A stretch of 63,497 bases of DNA, filler included, from Perkinsus chesapeaki ATCC PRA-425 (GCA_013115145.1; 5 parts of 5 records of this genome joined end to end with filler, not necessarily neighbours in it), one strand, 5' to 3'. Counted from the first letter of the whole stretch, positions 36,760 through 47,557 are shown. Numbers and translations are program-made. The notes: generated from the sequence alone by a model not told the origin.

Positions 36760-37289
36760 ATTAGTCATTTCCGCGACGTCGCCTTGCGTTCTGCTCCTGC
36801 CAGTGTTCCTTGTCCCTCGCCCGCTTATTGTCCTTGTATTCCTGCAGTATCCTTGGACTGTCGGCGAACGGGCAGAAGCGGATCCCTCGGCCCACAAATC
36901 GGTGTTTCAACTCTCCATGAGAAGTGGACCTAGCGGTGTCAGCATATGCAACATGCTAGCCGACACCGGGTGAGGTTCGAACCGGGGTTGCCTGACTGGT
37001 AGGCAACACCAGCAACCTGTTCAGCTACTAGAACTTCTATTAGATTGGTCGCTGACCAGCAGCGACGTATACTCTGAAAGAAAACTAAACTTGAAAACAC
37101 CGTATCTCGGTGCGGGCGCCTACGTGGACCCACATGGTGGCCCCCCCCCACATAGTTGCCCAACGTGTCTACTGTCTACACTAATAGGGGTGGAGGTTAT
37201 AGAACTGTGAGTAGCACTAACTTCTTGCGCGCCAGGAAATTCTGACTTTGCCAACTGTGTTTGTCTTTGCCTCATTTGTCTTTGCCTCT
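36760..37289 (-). CDS. Hypothetical short spliced exons
   Basis: Exon-like frames TVDTLGNYVGGATMWVHVGARTEIR, EYTSLLVSDQSNRSS, STSHGELKHRFVGRGIRFCPFADSPRILQEYKDNKRARDKEHWQEQNARRRRGND* bounded by ag/gt. Confidence 0.3.
36962..37027 (-). pseudogene. Degenerate tRNA-like sequence
   Basis: gttgcct-accagtc-aggcaac stem-loop followed by CCGGTTCGAACC B-box. Confidence 0.4.
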
Positions 37290-37365
37290 GGACCCTTTAC
37301 CGGGATTCGTACCCGCGACACCCGGGTATTGAGCCCAGCACCTTTGAGCTGACTGAGCTAATAAC
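37290..37365 (-). pseudogene. Degenerate tRNA-like sequence (Ile-like 3' half)
   Basis: TAGCTCAGTC A-box, CTGGG-CTCAATA-CCCGG arm, GTCGCGGGTACGAATCCCG T-arm. Confidence 0.5.
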
Positions 37366-37499
37366 TTTAATGAAACCCAAGTATGACAAATACGATGATG
37401 ATTAGCAAACAGAATCTTAAATCGATCGTAGCTTTTCACAGAAGCTATAAACTATAAAATGGTACTCGGACGCTCGTGGGGCCCTACCCGCTCGCTGAA

Positions 37500-40400
37500 A
37501 AACAATGTGGACAAATGGTTTCTGCCACTAAGGCGACGAACATACACTGCAAGTCTGCTTCCTTTTACGATCATCTGTTTTCACGCCCGCTTCAAGGCCT
37601 AGTTTCTTCAGTTTTGATTCAGCGCGGCACCGCCGCTCTTCCAGCTGATCGCCAACCACGTTCTCAGCACTGGCGGGCCTCAGCGGGCAAATGTCATACC
37701 GGAAGGCCTTCTTCGTGTAAATATGATTATTATGGCCTTCTAATGGAAGACGGCAGTACGGACAAAGGCCCTTCTTGTTGTTCTTAGAGCTGGAAGCTGG
37801 CTCTCGTCTACCTCTCGGCGGAACTCCTTAATTGTCTGGGGAATCGGATTGGCAGCGGGCAGAGTTGTCCTCGCAAAAGCGGCAGCCGCGGCCGCAGGAA
37901 CTTTATCGAGCTCTACAGAAAGAGTGGACATGGCATTTCGAGAACCAGTATCTGAGCTAGCAGCCAGGCTGGCCGAAGAAGGAGCTTTTCTTATACCCAC
38001 AAATCCGCTAGAGCTAAACTCACCTCCAGAAGCGGGGGTGCTATGCAGCCTGATTTTCTTGCGTCAATAATTGCCTTGAGCTGTATAGTTGAGTATTGAG
38101 CAAGACATTTCTTCGTAAGCTCAGCACGGGAGCCACGACTGATGCTACTCTGCTCCGCGAGTATAGTGGTCCAAATGTTCTCCATTTCGGAATTGAAGTC
38201 CGGCCCCCCATACTGGGCAGCTCCCGTTAGTGCCTTACGTTTCGATACATTACTAGGCGCCCGCAGTTTCGACACGGAGCCGAATGAAGCCTCATCAGAA
38301 TGATGCCGAATGATGCCTCACGTAGTTGGTGGTTCGTCTGATCCATTGCCTTCGACATTTGTCGCCAAAAGACCTAAAATGGTGAGGCAGCTGGCACGCT
38401 ATAGTGTCTACGTCTGCGCGAATAACTACCTGAGTCTTGAGCTCCACCTTCAATACCCTTTTGACTGGAAACCACGCTGACGCTCTCATAAGACAGAGTG
38501 GAATTGTCATTGCCTCCGGGTCTACTTAGCTTTGGTCTACTTGGTTTGACGATCCAAAAAGTGTTTCGTTCTCTCCCAAGAACTCTTCAGTGGGTTTGAG
38601 AGACTGTACCTTTAAGAACCAGCACTCGGGATCCCAGACACTTCCTTACTGTGTCTTAAGTCATTATCCCAATATCAACTCAACGCAACATATTCAATGA
38701 TGGTACAAGCCAATAGTGAACTGTGTAATACAATTATGCCGTTGTCCTAGTAAGGAGTGTCTGCCCAGACGTGACCAATTGATCGTCACATCCGTCCCTT
38801 ACTAGTCCAACTTAGCAACCTTAGAAGCAAGTCGTCTAGAAGTCAAGCTTCCTGCACCAACGGGTCGAGTCACAGAACTCTTTCTCTTCTTCAAGCTTTT
38901 AGGTGTCCTCCGTACTATACTGTTAGTCGTAACCGCAGGCATTTCATTGCCATGTACTGCCTTCAAGCTATGAGCATGAGCGTAGAAGTCACTATTTTTC
39001 ACGGGTTTTCCAAGTATTGTGCTCCAGTGAGAGACTCTAAAAGAGATTCAATTCGTGGGGGTCTATAGGAATCATCCTGCAATACCGAATTTAAGGGTCT
39101 ATAATCCACAACCATACGATACTCCTTTCTTCCCCTTTTTGGTATCAACCATGTGGCTGAAGCCCAGGGTGATGAACTAGGGCGTATGATCTTAGCATCG
39201 AGTAGAGTATCTATCTGCTCTTTCATTTTGGCTTTCATCTGTGGATTTACCTTAAAAGGCTTCGCCTTCTTCGGTTGTTCATCCCCAGTCTTTAGAGTCA
39301 CCTCAAAATTGGGTAAACATCCCAATTCTCCTCTTGTAACCTCAGAGAACTCATCAATTATTTTCATTAATTGATTTTGATATTCTTCAGAGCATCCCTC
39401 AAGATTCACCGAGGTACGGTTTGTATTCAACAATACAAAAATGGAAAATTACATACAATAATCCCTGAAAAATGTCATTTATCGTTTTAAACGCAATTCC
39501 TCAACATTAGTAGAAACTCATCTTACTTAAGGTAGATTCATCCATTTCGACTGAAATCTTAATCTACCACTTCCATAATCTACAAGTGCGCGATTCTTTT
39601 TCAGGAAATCATTTCCCAACCACACGTACTCGCCTGGAACCTCCACAACATACAAACGATTTACCATTGTTTGTCCGGTGGGGAAAGTAATTGAAGCTTC
39701 TATATAATTTTGGGTCTCGATTCGGTTTCCGGTAAAAGATGCCATCTTCCTGGATTGAGTTGCTTGTTCAACTGCTAATCCCATACTGTCTAACAGACCT
39801 CTGGTGATTAGACTCAAGCTAGCTCCCGAATCAATTATGATCTTGAATTTCTTTTTAACAACCTTCCACTCTCCTTCTGAGTATTTAGGCTTATATCTCT
39901 TGTTATCATAACCCTGCCGATTCTCTTCTGATACATCACACACCGTATCCTCGGCTTGCTTCCTCAATCGCTTATTCGGAGCCTCTTGCTCATCTACCTC
40001 CTCAGTTTCATCTCGAATAATTGCTAATAGTTTTGAAGGAGTCACAGTGCCCTGCCTATAAACCTTCTTCATGACCTTTCTTTGAACTTTCGGATTCTCA
40101 GTGGCCATCAACATACTCTCAGTAGCTTTAGAATTTATTGTTGCTAAATTCTTTTGAGGATACAATAATGTATTAATATTAGTTATCCTATTCCACACCG
40201 ATCGTATATCTGTACCTTTAGTTATCTTAATTGTTCTCAAGGTACAAAGTAGGCTTCCTCCATCTAAAATGGTACAGGCTGCATGCAAACAGGTCTTTCT
40301 GAATTCTTCCCAATCAGTCAAACCTTCCTTCTCTTCTAATCGCAATTCTTCTCTAAGCTCAGCAGGGAAATAAATCCTTACTGTAGCTATCGGAACCTTC

Positions 40401-41110
40401 TCAGTATGTCCCTGCGCTTGGGACCATTCATGGAATCTATCCAGATCGGCTGGTAAAGTCTCCAACTCCTGGAATCCATCACTAGGAATTCTTGATTTGG
40501 GGGTAACACGATTTGGTTTTCGCCATTCTTGGGACTCCCAAGTTGGGAGCCATAATGAAAAACAGAGATGGTAAAGAAGAACACTAAGGAACATAATAAT
40601 TGTATTAGATTTGACGATCCAAAGTTGATGGTTCTCTCCCAAGAACTCTTCAGTGGGTTTGAGAGACCGTACCTGTAAGAACCAGCACTCGGGATCCCAG
40701 ACACTTCCTTACTGTTCCTTAGTCATATGCATTATCACAATATCAACTCAGCACAACATATTCAATGATGGTACAAGCCAGTAGTTAACTGTGTAGTACA
40801 ATTATGCCGTTGTCCTAGTAAGGAGTGTCTGCCCAGACGTGACCAATGGATCGTCACATTGGAGCTGAGGTCATTGCTTAATATGAGAGGCTATCGATAG
40901 AGAATTCCGAAGCTTCCTGATTGCACATCCTGCCGTGTTCAAATCCAACCTTGGGGAGGTCTTCGCAGTCCACAGGCGCGAGCGAGTAATCCGGATGTTC
41001 AACTGCGCCGCAAGCCATGCCCAACTCTATTTCTTTCGGGGAGAGACCAGGTTCCGGCACGGCGTACCCGAGGGATAGCAGTCTTCTGCGGTTATATGCA
41101 CGGTAATCGA
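37500..41110 (-). pseudogene. Degraded C-terminal half of a DUF6729-like transposase (copy 1), interrupted by an LTR element
   Basis: YNRRRLLSLGYAVPEPGLSPKEIELG (~41020-41097) aligns with YNRNIMLRLNKDVPPPHLMPRDVLLL of the 30.6-33.8 kb ORF; ends in LCPYC...H...ICP...TCSVC. Confidence 0.55.
38545..40858 (-). mobile_element. Internally deleted Ty3/Gypsy LTR retrotransposon
   Basis: Direct repeats 38545-38790 and 40610-40858; TTGG TSD at 38541-38544 and 40859-40862; gag-protease ORF (IIDSGAS), RT N-terminal fragment (SSSPWAS, YRMVVDYRPLN), purine tract before the 3' LTR. Confidence 0.92.
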
Positions 41111-41382
41111 GCTATATCAATCGTGGTGAATGAAGCCTTGGCAAAGTATCTAACACGAGTGGTTAAAAGATCATCATCATCATCATCATCATCATCCACA
41201 GAGCCGGATGAACCACTACTCGCTGTCGCCTACGCTCACGTACTGCAGTAGTTAAAGGACATGCGTGAACGGTAAGAACAACCCCTTCGATTGGTTGCGT
41301 TCAATCGTGAGGCAACCACGATCAATGCAGAGCTGCGAATTGTATACTCAGCCATCCAACACCGCTCTACAACAAGCAAAAA

Positions 41383-41592
41383 ATGGCAGGTGAAAGTCTC
41401 CCAGGGCTAGCGCGAGATTTCTGTTCAAGCCCCCCATGTCCCGAACAAACCGTCAAGGAAAAGGTCCTAAATCTGGTATCGGGGTCTAAGCAAAGATGTC
41501 GTACGTGCGGTGAACCTATTGGAGAAACAGGACATTCGCGCGGGAAGTGTCCGAAGGGGCCTGCCCAAAAACCAGTGGACGACAGAAAGTAG
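41383..41592 (+). other. Small zinc-knuckle-like ORF, probably a transposon C-terminal fragment
   Basis: RCRTCGEPIGETGHSRGKCP (CxxC-H-C). Confidence 0.3.
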
Positions 41593-41615
41593 AGAGCCCA
41601 AGAAAGTATAAGGCG

Positions 41616-44600
41616 GCCCCACATACTGGGCTGCTCCCGTTAATGTCCTACGTTTCGATTCATTCCTAGGTGCAAGCAGCTTCGACACGGAACCGAATGA
41701 AGCCCCATCAAAAGAGCACGTAGTCGGTGCTCCGTCTGATTCATTGCCTTCGACATTTGTTGGCCAAAGACCGAAAATGACAAGACAGCTGGCACGCTAT
41801 AGTGTCTACGTCTGCGCGAATAACTACCTGGGTCTTGAGCTCTCCCTTCAAAACCCTCTTGACTGGAAAACACGCTGATACTCTCGTGAGACAGAGTGGC
41901 ATTGTCAGATTCCACCGGGTGTACTTGGCTTTGTGATTTGCTATCGCAGCCCTCATTTACCCCATCCCATTCACCGTCGAACATCATGAACCTAGTTTGA
42001 GCTGAGGTCATTGCTTCAGGTGAGAGGCTATCGATCCAAAAGTTCCGAAGCTTGCTGATTGCACATTCGTATCGAATGCGTAGTCGAATCCAACCTTGAG
42101 AAGGTCCTTACAGTTCACAGGCGCGAGCGAGTAATCCGGAACTGCGCCGCAAGCCATGCCCAACTCTATTTCTCTCGGGCTTGCACGGCGCACGGTGGCG
42201 CCGAAAATTAGAATGCCCCGAGGCAAATACCGATTGTAGAGCCCAACGAGAGAAGTCTATCTGTGAAGAGATTATTCTGGTAATCGTTTTCAGTAGCTCA
42301 AAAGACGTCTCCAAAGATTCCGTAGTAAGTATCGAGACTGCGAAGCTCGCAGTAAACCCTTCCTACTCAACGCAACCACTCCACGCCGTTTAAAAGTAAA
42401 ATATTCACTGTTATTTACTATATCAACGATATAATATCATTCACTGTCGGATATCGCTGGTGTCGACATACTCAGACCCTGTTTTTCCGGACAAACACTG
42501 TGAGGCTGAGCTCAGGTCGACTTGGGGAGATCTTACGACTGCCTTGCGCTTCCGCTTCGAGCACGGAGGGGTGAGGTTACCAGCAGCTTCAGAGACATCA
42601 TTCAAGGAATATTGCCAATTCCACAACGCAATTTGCTTCATCAAGTCGGATTTCAGCTGAGATCGTCTCACCACAGTATTAACCGCCGAGTGAATCCGCT
42701 CAGATAACTCCTCAGTCAGCAAACCCAATCCCTGAGTACTATGTGGCAAGTACAGCTCCACTCCATGAGCAACGAGGAGGTGGATAACCAAACTCGGGTT
42801 GAACCCTCCAGAGAGATAAGTATTTTTAAAACGGTCAATTTCCTCTCGCAATTTTTCAACCGAGTTGAGAGCCAACAGGGATCGCATCACCGACCTTGCC
42901 GAACGGAAGACCTTACAAGCATCCTCGCCCTTCTCAAATGCGGCTAAAGACTGCTCAATTTCGTCGACCTTCTCTAAGATAATCCGGCAGTCTTTTCCGT
43001 TGTAGGATAGAATGTTAGTCTTTGATAAAGTGCTTCCCACGATGGGCTTAGTGGGGTTTACATGGAGCATTTCAGAAAGGAGGCTCTCTAGCTGGTACCT
43101 GCAAACTCCAGATCTCAGCATTTCGTCAAAGACATTCCTCGTGATACCCATCAGAATGTGCAGCCAGGGAAGCAGAAGGGAGTCCCGAGGAACGCGAGGA
43201 AGGAACTTCTGCCCGTTAACATGGGCAGGAGGTCGCTTCATTCTCACGCGTTTCTCCTCATATTCTTTCACATAATCTGCAGCCTTATCCCACCGATCTT
43301 CGGCCGGATCGACTGCGAAAACATTCCTGCCTCGATTTTTCTTCTCCACAGTACAGCACAGCCAACAGGCATTAGATGATGTACCAGCTGGAAACTGCAT
43401 CTGCTTGGTATCACAGCTGTAGAGTAGATGGAAGTTCTCCTCGAGTGGCCTCAACTCATTTATTAACTCTTCGGTAATATTCCTAGAGTCTTTTCGGCCA
43501 TCCAATAATACCAGACATCCATGCCCACCCGCTTTCCCGTAGGGACGTACTACGACCTTATTAGTACCACCACCAAAGTCTATTCGAACCACAAGATGTT
43601 GAACGGTCGCTGGAGTACCTCTGCTACTACTAGGAGGACTGAGTGGTAGGTCAAAGTGGCAGCAAACAAACTTGAGTATGTCTTTGGCCACCACATAGTC
43701 ACCTCGTAGGACGAAGTTTTCTTGTAGTCTGCCAAGGACGCTCGGATGACTGACCTCTGTGGAAAAACTGAGATTTTTGAATCTCGATTGACACTGCACG
43801 CCAGTTTCCCCAGCTTTCGCTGAGAAAGATCAAGAGACGAAGCGTATGACTTCACTCTAGACAAGCCAACGGTCTCCGGTATACTTGAGTGGTTGGCAGA
43901 CTCCTGTGTACATTTTAGCAAGTGGAGTACACCCTGCTCCTCGGCAAGACGCTCGAAGTATCTCGCCTTGTCGTACTGGTTCAAAAACTTTATCCCACTG
44001 AATTCCTTCGCTATCTCCGATCCCGGTGGCAGACTAACGGCTTCCAAGTCAGCCTTGATACGACCCGCGCCTTTCCTTCTCCTCTTCGGCCCTCCCACCA
44101 GCACTCGAGGAGGATTCCTCCACGCGTAAGGCACGAATCCTCTGGGAACAAATTTGTTCATCCAAGCTGTGGTGCCTTTACTTAGCTCGATGGAACATGT
44201 AGGACATAGGCCCCAATCCTCGAATGACTTGGGGGAAATGCCGATAACATCCCTAATTAGCGTTGCTGACGATGCTGCTGGTCGGCAGGAGGATGTGGCG
44301 TGGCCACAGAGATAGCACGTGTGACGCTTAGACCTTATCGATCAATTCGCTCGAAGCAAACGACTGATCGAGCTACGAGAAATCGCGAAGGCGAGGGTGG
44401 TTCAATGCTAATTTGGCCTTATCAAGTGCGCAAGACAACTACGGAATCTTTGGAGACGTCTTTTGAGCTACTGAAAACGAATACCAGAATAATCTCTTCA
44501 CAGATAGACTCCTCTCGTTGGGCTCTACAATCGGTATTTGCCTCGGGGCATTCTAATTTTCGGCGCCACCGTGCGGCGTACCCGAGGGATAGAAGTCTCC

Positions 44601-44650
44601 TGCGGTTAAATGCACTGATAAGTATGGATATACGCGCATCGGAAGACTCT
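41616..44650 (-). pseudogene. Degraded DUF6729-like transposase fragment (copy 2), interrupted by the Transib-like element
   Basis: 41616-42190 plus 44579-44620 is colinear with 38205-38544 plus 40863-41100; reads DARISILISAFNRRRLLSLG. Confidence 0.7.
42191..44573 (-). mobile_element. Transib/Chapaev-like (RAG1-related) DNA transposon
   Basis: 136-bp TIRs (42191-42326 and 44438-44573, 2 mismatches) starting CACGGTGGCGCCGAAAATT; 5-bp TSD CGGCG; frameshifted ORF 44338 to 42441 with RIDFGGG, YSCDTK, CWLC, WLHILMG, YNGKDCRIIL, IHLLVAH, GLGLLTEELSERIH. Confidence 0.85.
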
Positions 44651-44752
44651 TTNNNNNNNNNNNNNNNNNNNNNNNNNNNNNNNNNNNNNNNNNNNNTTAA
44701 TTAATTAANNNNNNNNNNNNNNNNNNNNNNNNNNNNNNNNNNNNNNNNNNNN

Positions 44753-45683
44753 CTAGAGGATATACGTTGGCGTTGAGGTGACTGTCGACGTCTCGAAGTG
44801 GGTAAACCGTGCCATTGCCGGGTTGTTGCCGACCTAGAGAATGTGAATTGGCGTTGAGGTTACCATTGATGTCTTCTGGAGGGTTAGTCGCAGCATTGCC
44901 GGGTTGCTGCTGACCTAGCGAATATACATCGGCGTTGAGGTGACTGTCGACGTCTTGAAGAGGGTAAATCGTACCATTACCAGGCTGTTGCAGACCTAGC
45001 GGATATAAGTTGGCGTTGAGGTTACCGTTGATGTCTTCTGGAGAGTTAGCCACAGCGCCACGGGGTCGCTGCTGGCTTGAGGCATAAACATTGGCGTTGG
45101 GGTTATCGTGGATAACGTTCACGGCGTTGATGCTAATAGAGGGGACAGCACTGCGAGGAGACTGTGTAGCACGTGGTTCATTAGCAGTGATGCCACCGTC
45201 ATAAGTACCGGGGTTGTGGACTGAACCATAGTCAGCATTCTCGTTGATCGAATGTTCCGTGATAGAACTATGAAGTTGTTGGTCGTCATCATCATCACCC
45301 GCTTCGGAGTGGGTGTCCCTCCTGCCGTCTTCTATTTTTTCACGCTTAACACTTGAACAAGGGGTTGAGACCTGCACTCCATTCGCGCCCGCAATGTTGC
45401 CCTGCTGATCTTCATCGGCTGAGCTTGACTGGGAGCTCGCTTGTGATTTAGCGGAGAGGAGCAATTTCTCGTTTGACAATTCGTCCTGCCTCTGCTCTGT
45501 GGCCTCCAGCTCAACCGTTGGCTCCACTGGTCCTTCCTTGTTGGGGTCGAGGTCATCCTTGTCCTGTGGTAGGATAGTGTCTTCTCTGCGCTCATCACCT
45601 CTAGCTGATGTTTCATCCGTCGTTGAAGCCGGCGGCACGAATCTCGGAGATCGACGAAGTTCTTGATGTGGTGTCTTGGTCAT
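44753..45683 (-). CDS. Low-complexity ORF with 20-aa repeats, cut by gap (possibly a retroelement gag-like N-terminus)
   Basis: MTKTPHQELRRSPRF... then alternating repeats of GNxxxxPxxDxxxxLNAxxYxLGxQQP. Confidence 0.45.
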
Positions 45684-45918
45684 CCCGGTAGAAAATTCCG
45701 TTTGGAGTGGAAGTAGATACCAAACTAGTAGACCAACGCAATACAACCTGAGGCGGTTGTGATGAAATATTAGATAGATATACTATGCAGAGTTCTGAGT
45801 TCAATCGATGAAACGGAAAGATACTAAACGAGCGTTATCGTCAAGTAATCTTGCATACTCGCAACATCTCAAACAGCAGGGTCCGGTGTTCTGAACTCGC
45901 AGTTCACCGAACTTCCAC

Positions 45919-47211
45919 CCAATTCGATTATTTGGGCGAGCGAGATTTTTTCTGGCTGCGCAGCCGACCCAAACGGTTATGCAACTCAACTTCTCTCAAG
46001 TGTTATGAAAGGAACTATGAGGAAATCTAGTAATCATGCACCAACATGACCCCCGTGAAGCTGAAGAAGCTTCGTGAGACGCTTATCCATGGAGCATGCT
46101 AGCTTCTTCACTTCTTCGGGGGTGATTTTCTTCGCGGCATCTTCAATTGCAGACCACAGGCTGGCAACCGAATCATATTGAGTGCCTTGACGATAAACCT
46201 CCCTGAAATAGTTGGGTGAGGTGATTCTTGGAGAATACTAGAATCATTACCTCTTCAGCAAGCTCCAATAGTTCTCAATTGGATTGAGGTCAGGTGATAG
46301 CCTATCACTGATAGGCTAGGCCACTCCAGGACCTTCTTACCCTTGAAACCATTCTTCTCCAGGAAAGAAGTGGTAAACTTGCTCGAATGTGCCGGAGCAT
46401 TGTCGTGCATGAATATCAGCTTCCTCTTGAAAGCCGCGGGGCGTGAGCGGTACCAAGGAAGGAAGCTATTGGCCAAAAGCTCAGTGTAACTATCGGCGGA
46501 AACATATAAGGGCTTCCTAGGTTGGTGTACTACGCTTTCGAGTCCATTTTAACTCCCTTCTCCACCCTGCATGGACCAACCACAGTGTCTCCAATGATAC
46601 CCGCCCAAAACATGACACCTCCACCCCCTGCTGCCTTTTCTTCCGAGCTGGTACTTCGGAGCCACGGAGGATCCAGCCTGAAGCCCACCCGTCCGGCCCG
46701 TCCAAGGTGGCCCTGCACTCGTCTGTGAACAGGACGGACGAAAATTCCCTCTTTATGTTGTTCTCGGCCCATTCATATCTCGTCTTCTTGTGGCGGGCCG
46801 TCAAAGCAGGCTTGGCAATAGCCTGCTTCACCCTTCCCAGCTGGTTTAGGACCCTATTACGCGAGGTTTTGGGCTTCATGGTAACTCCAGTGCCCTCGAA
46901 GATCTCCTTGCTGCTGCGAGCATCTTCACTTCTTCTCACTATCTCGGCACGTTCCGAATCGGATAACTGTTTGCTACGACTCATGTTGAAACGTAATAAC
47001 TAAGTTGCATAACGGTTTGGGTCGGCTGCGCAGCCAGAAAAAAATCTCGCTCGCCCAAATAATCGAATTAGGTCAGGAAACGGTCATGATATTATAAAAT
47101 TTATTCTTAACTGTTACCATCATGCTATCTTCCAAGTTTCATGTTCTAAGTCGTAAAATTAAAAAAGTTATACCAAAAAGACGAATTTGCATAACGGTTT
47201 GGTTCGCACTG
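45919..47211 (-). mobile_element. Tc1-like (DD34E-type) transposon, frameshifted, one TIR truncated
   Basis: VLFTDECRATLDGPDG, GGGGVMFWAGI, IFMHDNAPAHSSK, LEWP; intact end ...GGTTCGCACTG|TA at 47211; 45919-45986 is inverted to 47003-47070. Confidence 0.92.
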
Positions 47212-47557
47212 TAAACCAGTGTACACAAGCAAACTATGTGAGTGCCCCCTGGGAGTGGCGTTATTGACACAAAGTATGCGACGGCACACAGTTCAGTGGC
47301 AGAACATGATTTGTACATGTGCGTAGTGTTCTTACATGGAGATACGATCGTGTGAGCTGAACGGTGGGTTCTACCGCACTAGGTCCACCACGGCCATGTC
47401 TTAAATGAGCGCTGAATTCGTAACATTAGTACCAGTAATACAAACGCAGTAAAATGCTGCTCCATCCACAACCCCGCTCCACCTAGAAGGTTTCGCATGC
47501 GTTCAGAGAGGGCGTTGGACGAAATCATACAAGCAAAAGGTTGCGCTTCTCCAAAAA

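Noticed and set aside
42441-44400. A RAG2-like or second gene inside the Transib-like element
   Set aside because: The transposase frame fills the interval between the TIRs; plus-strand ORFs are short antisense shadows.
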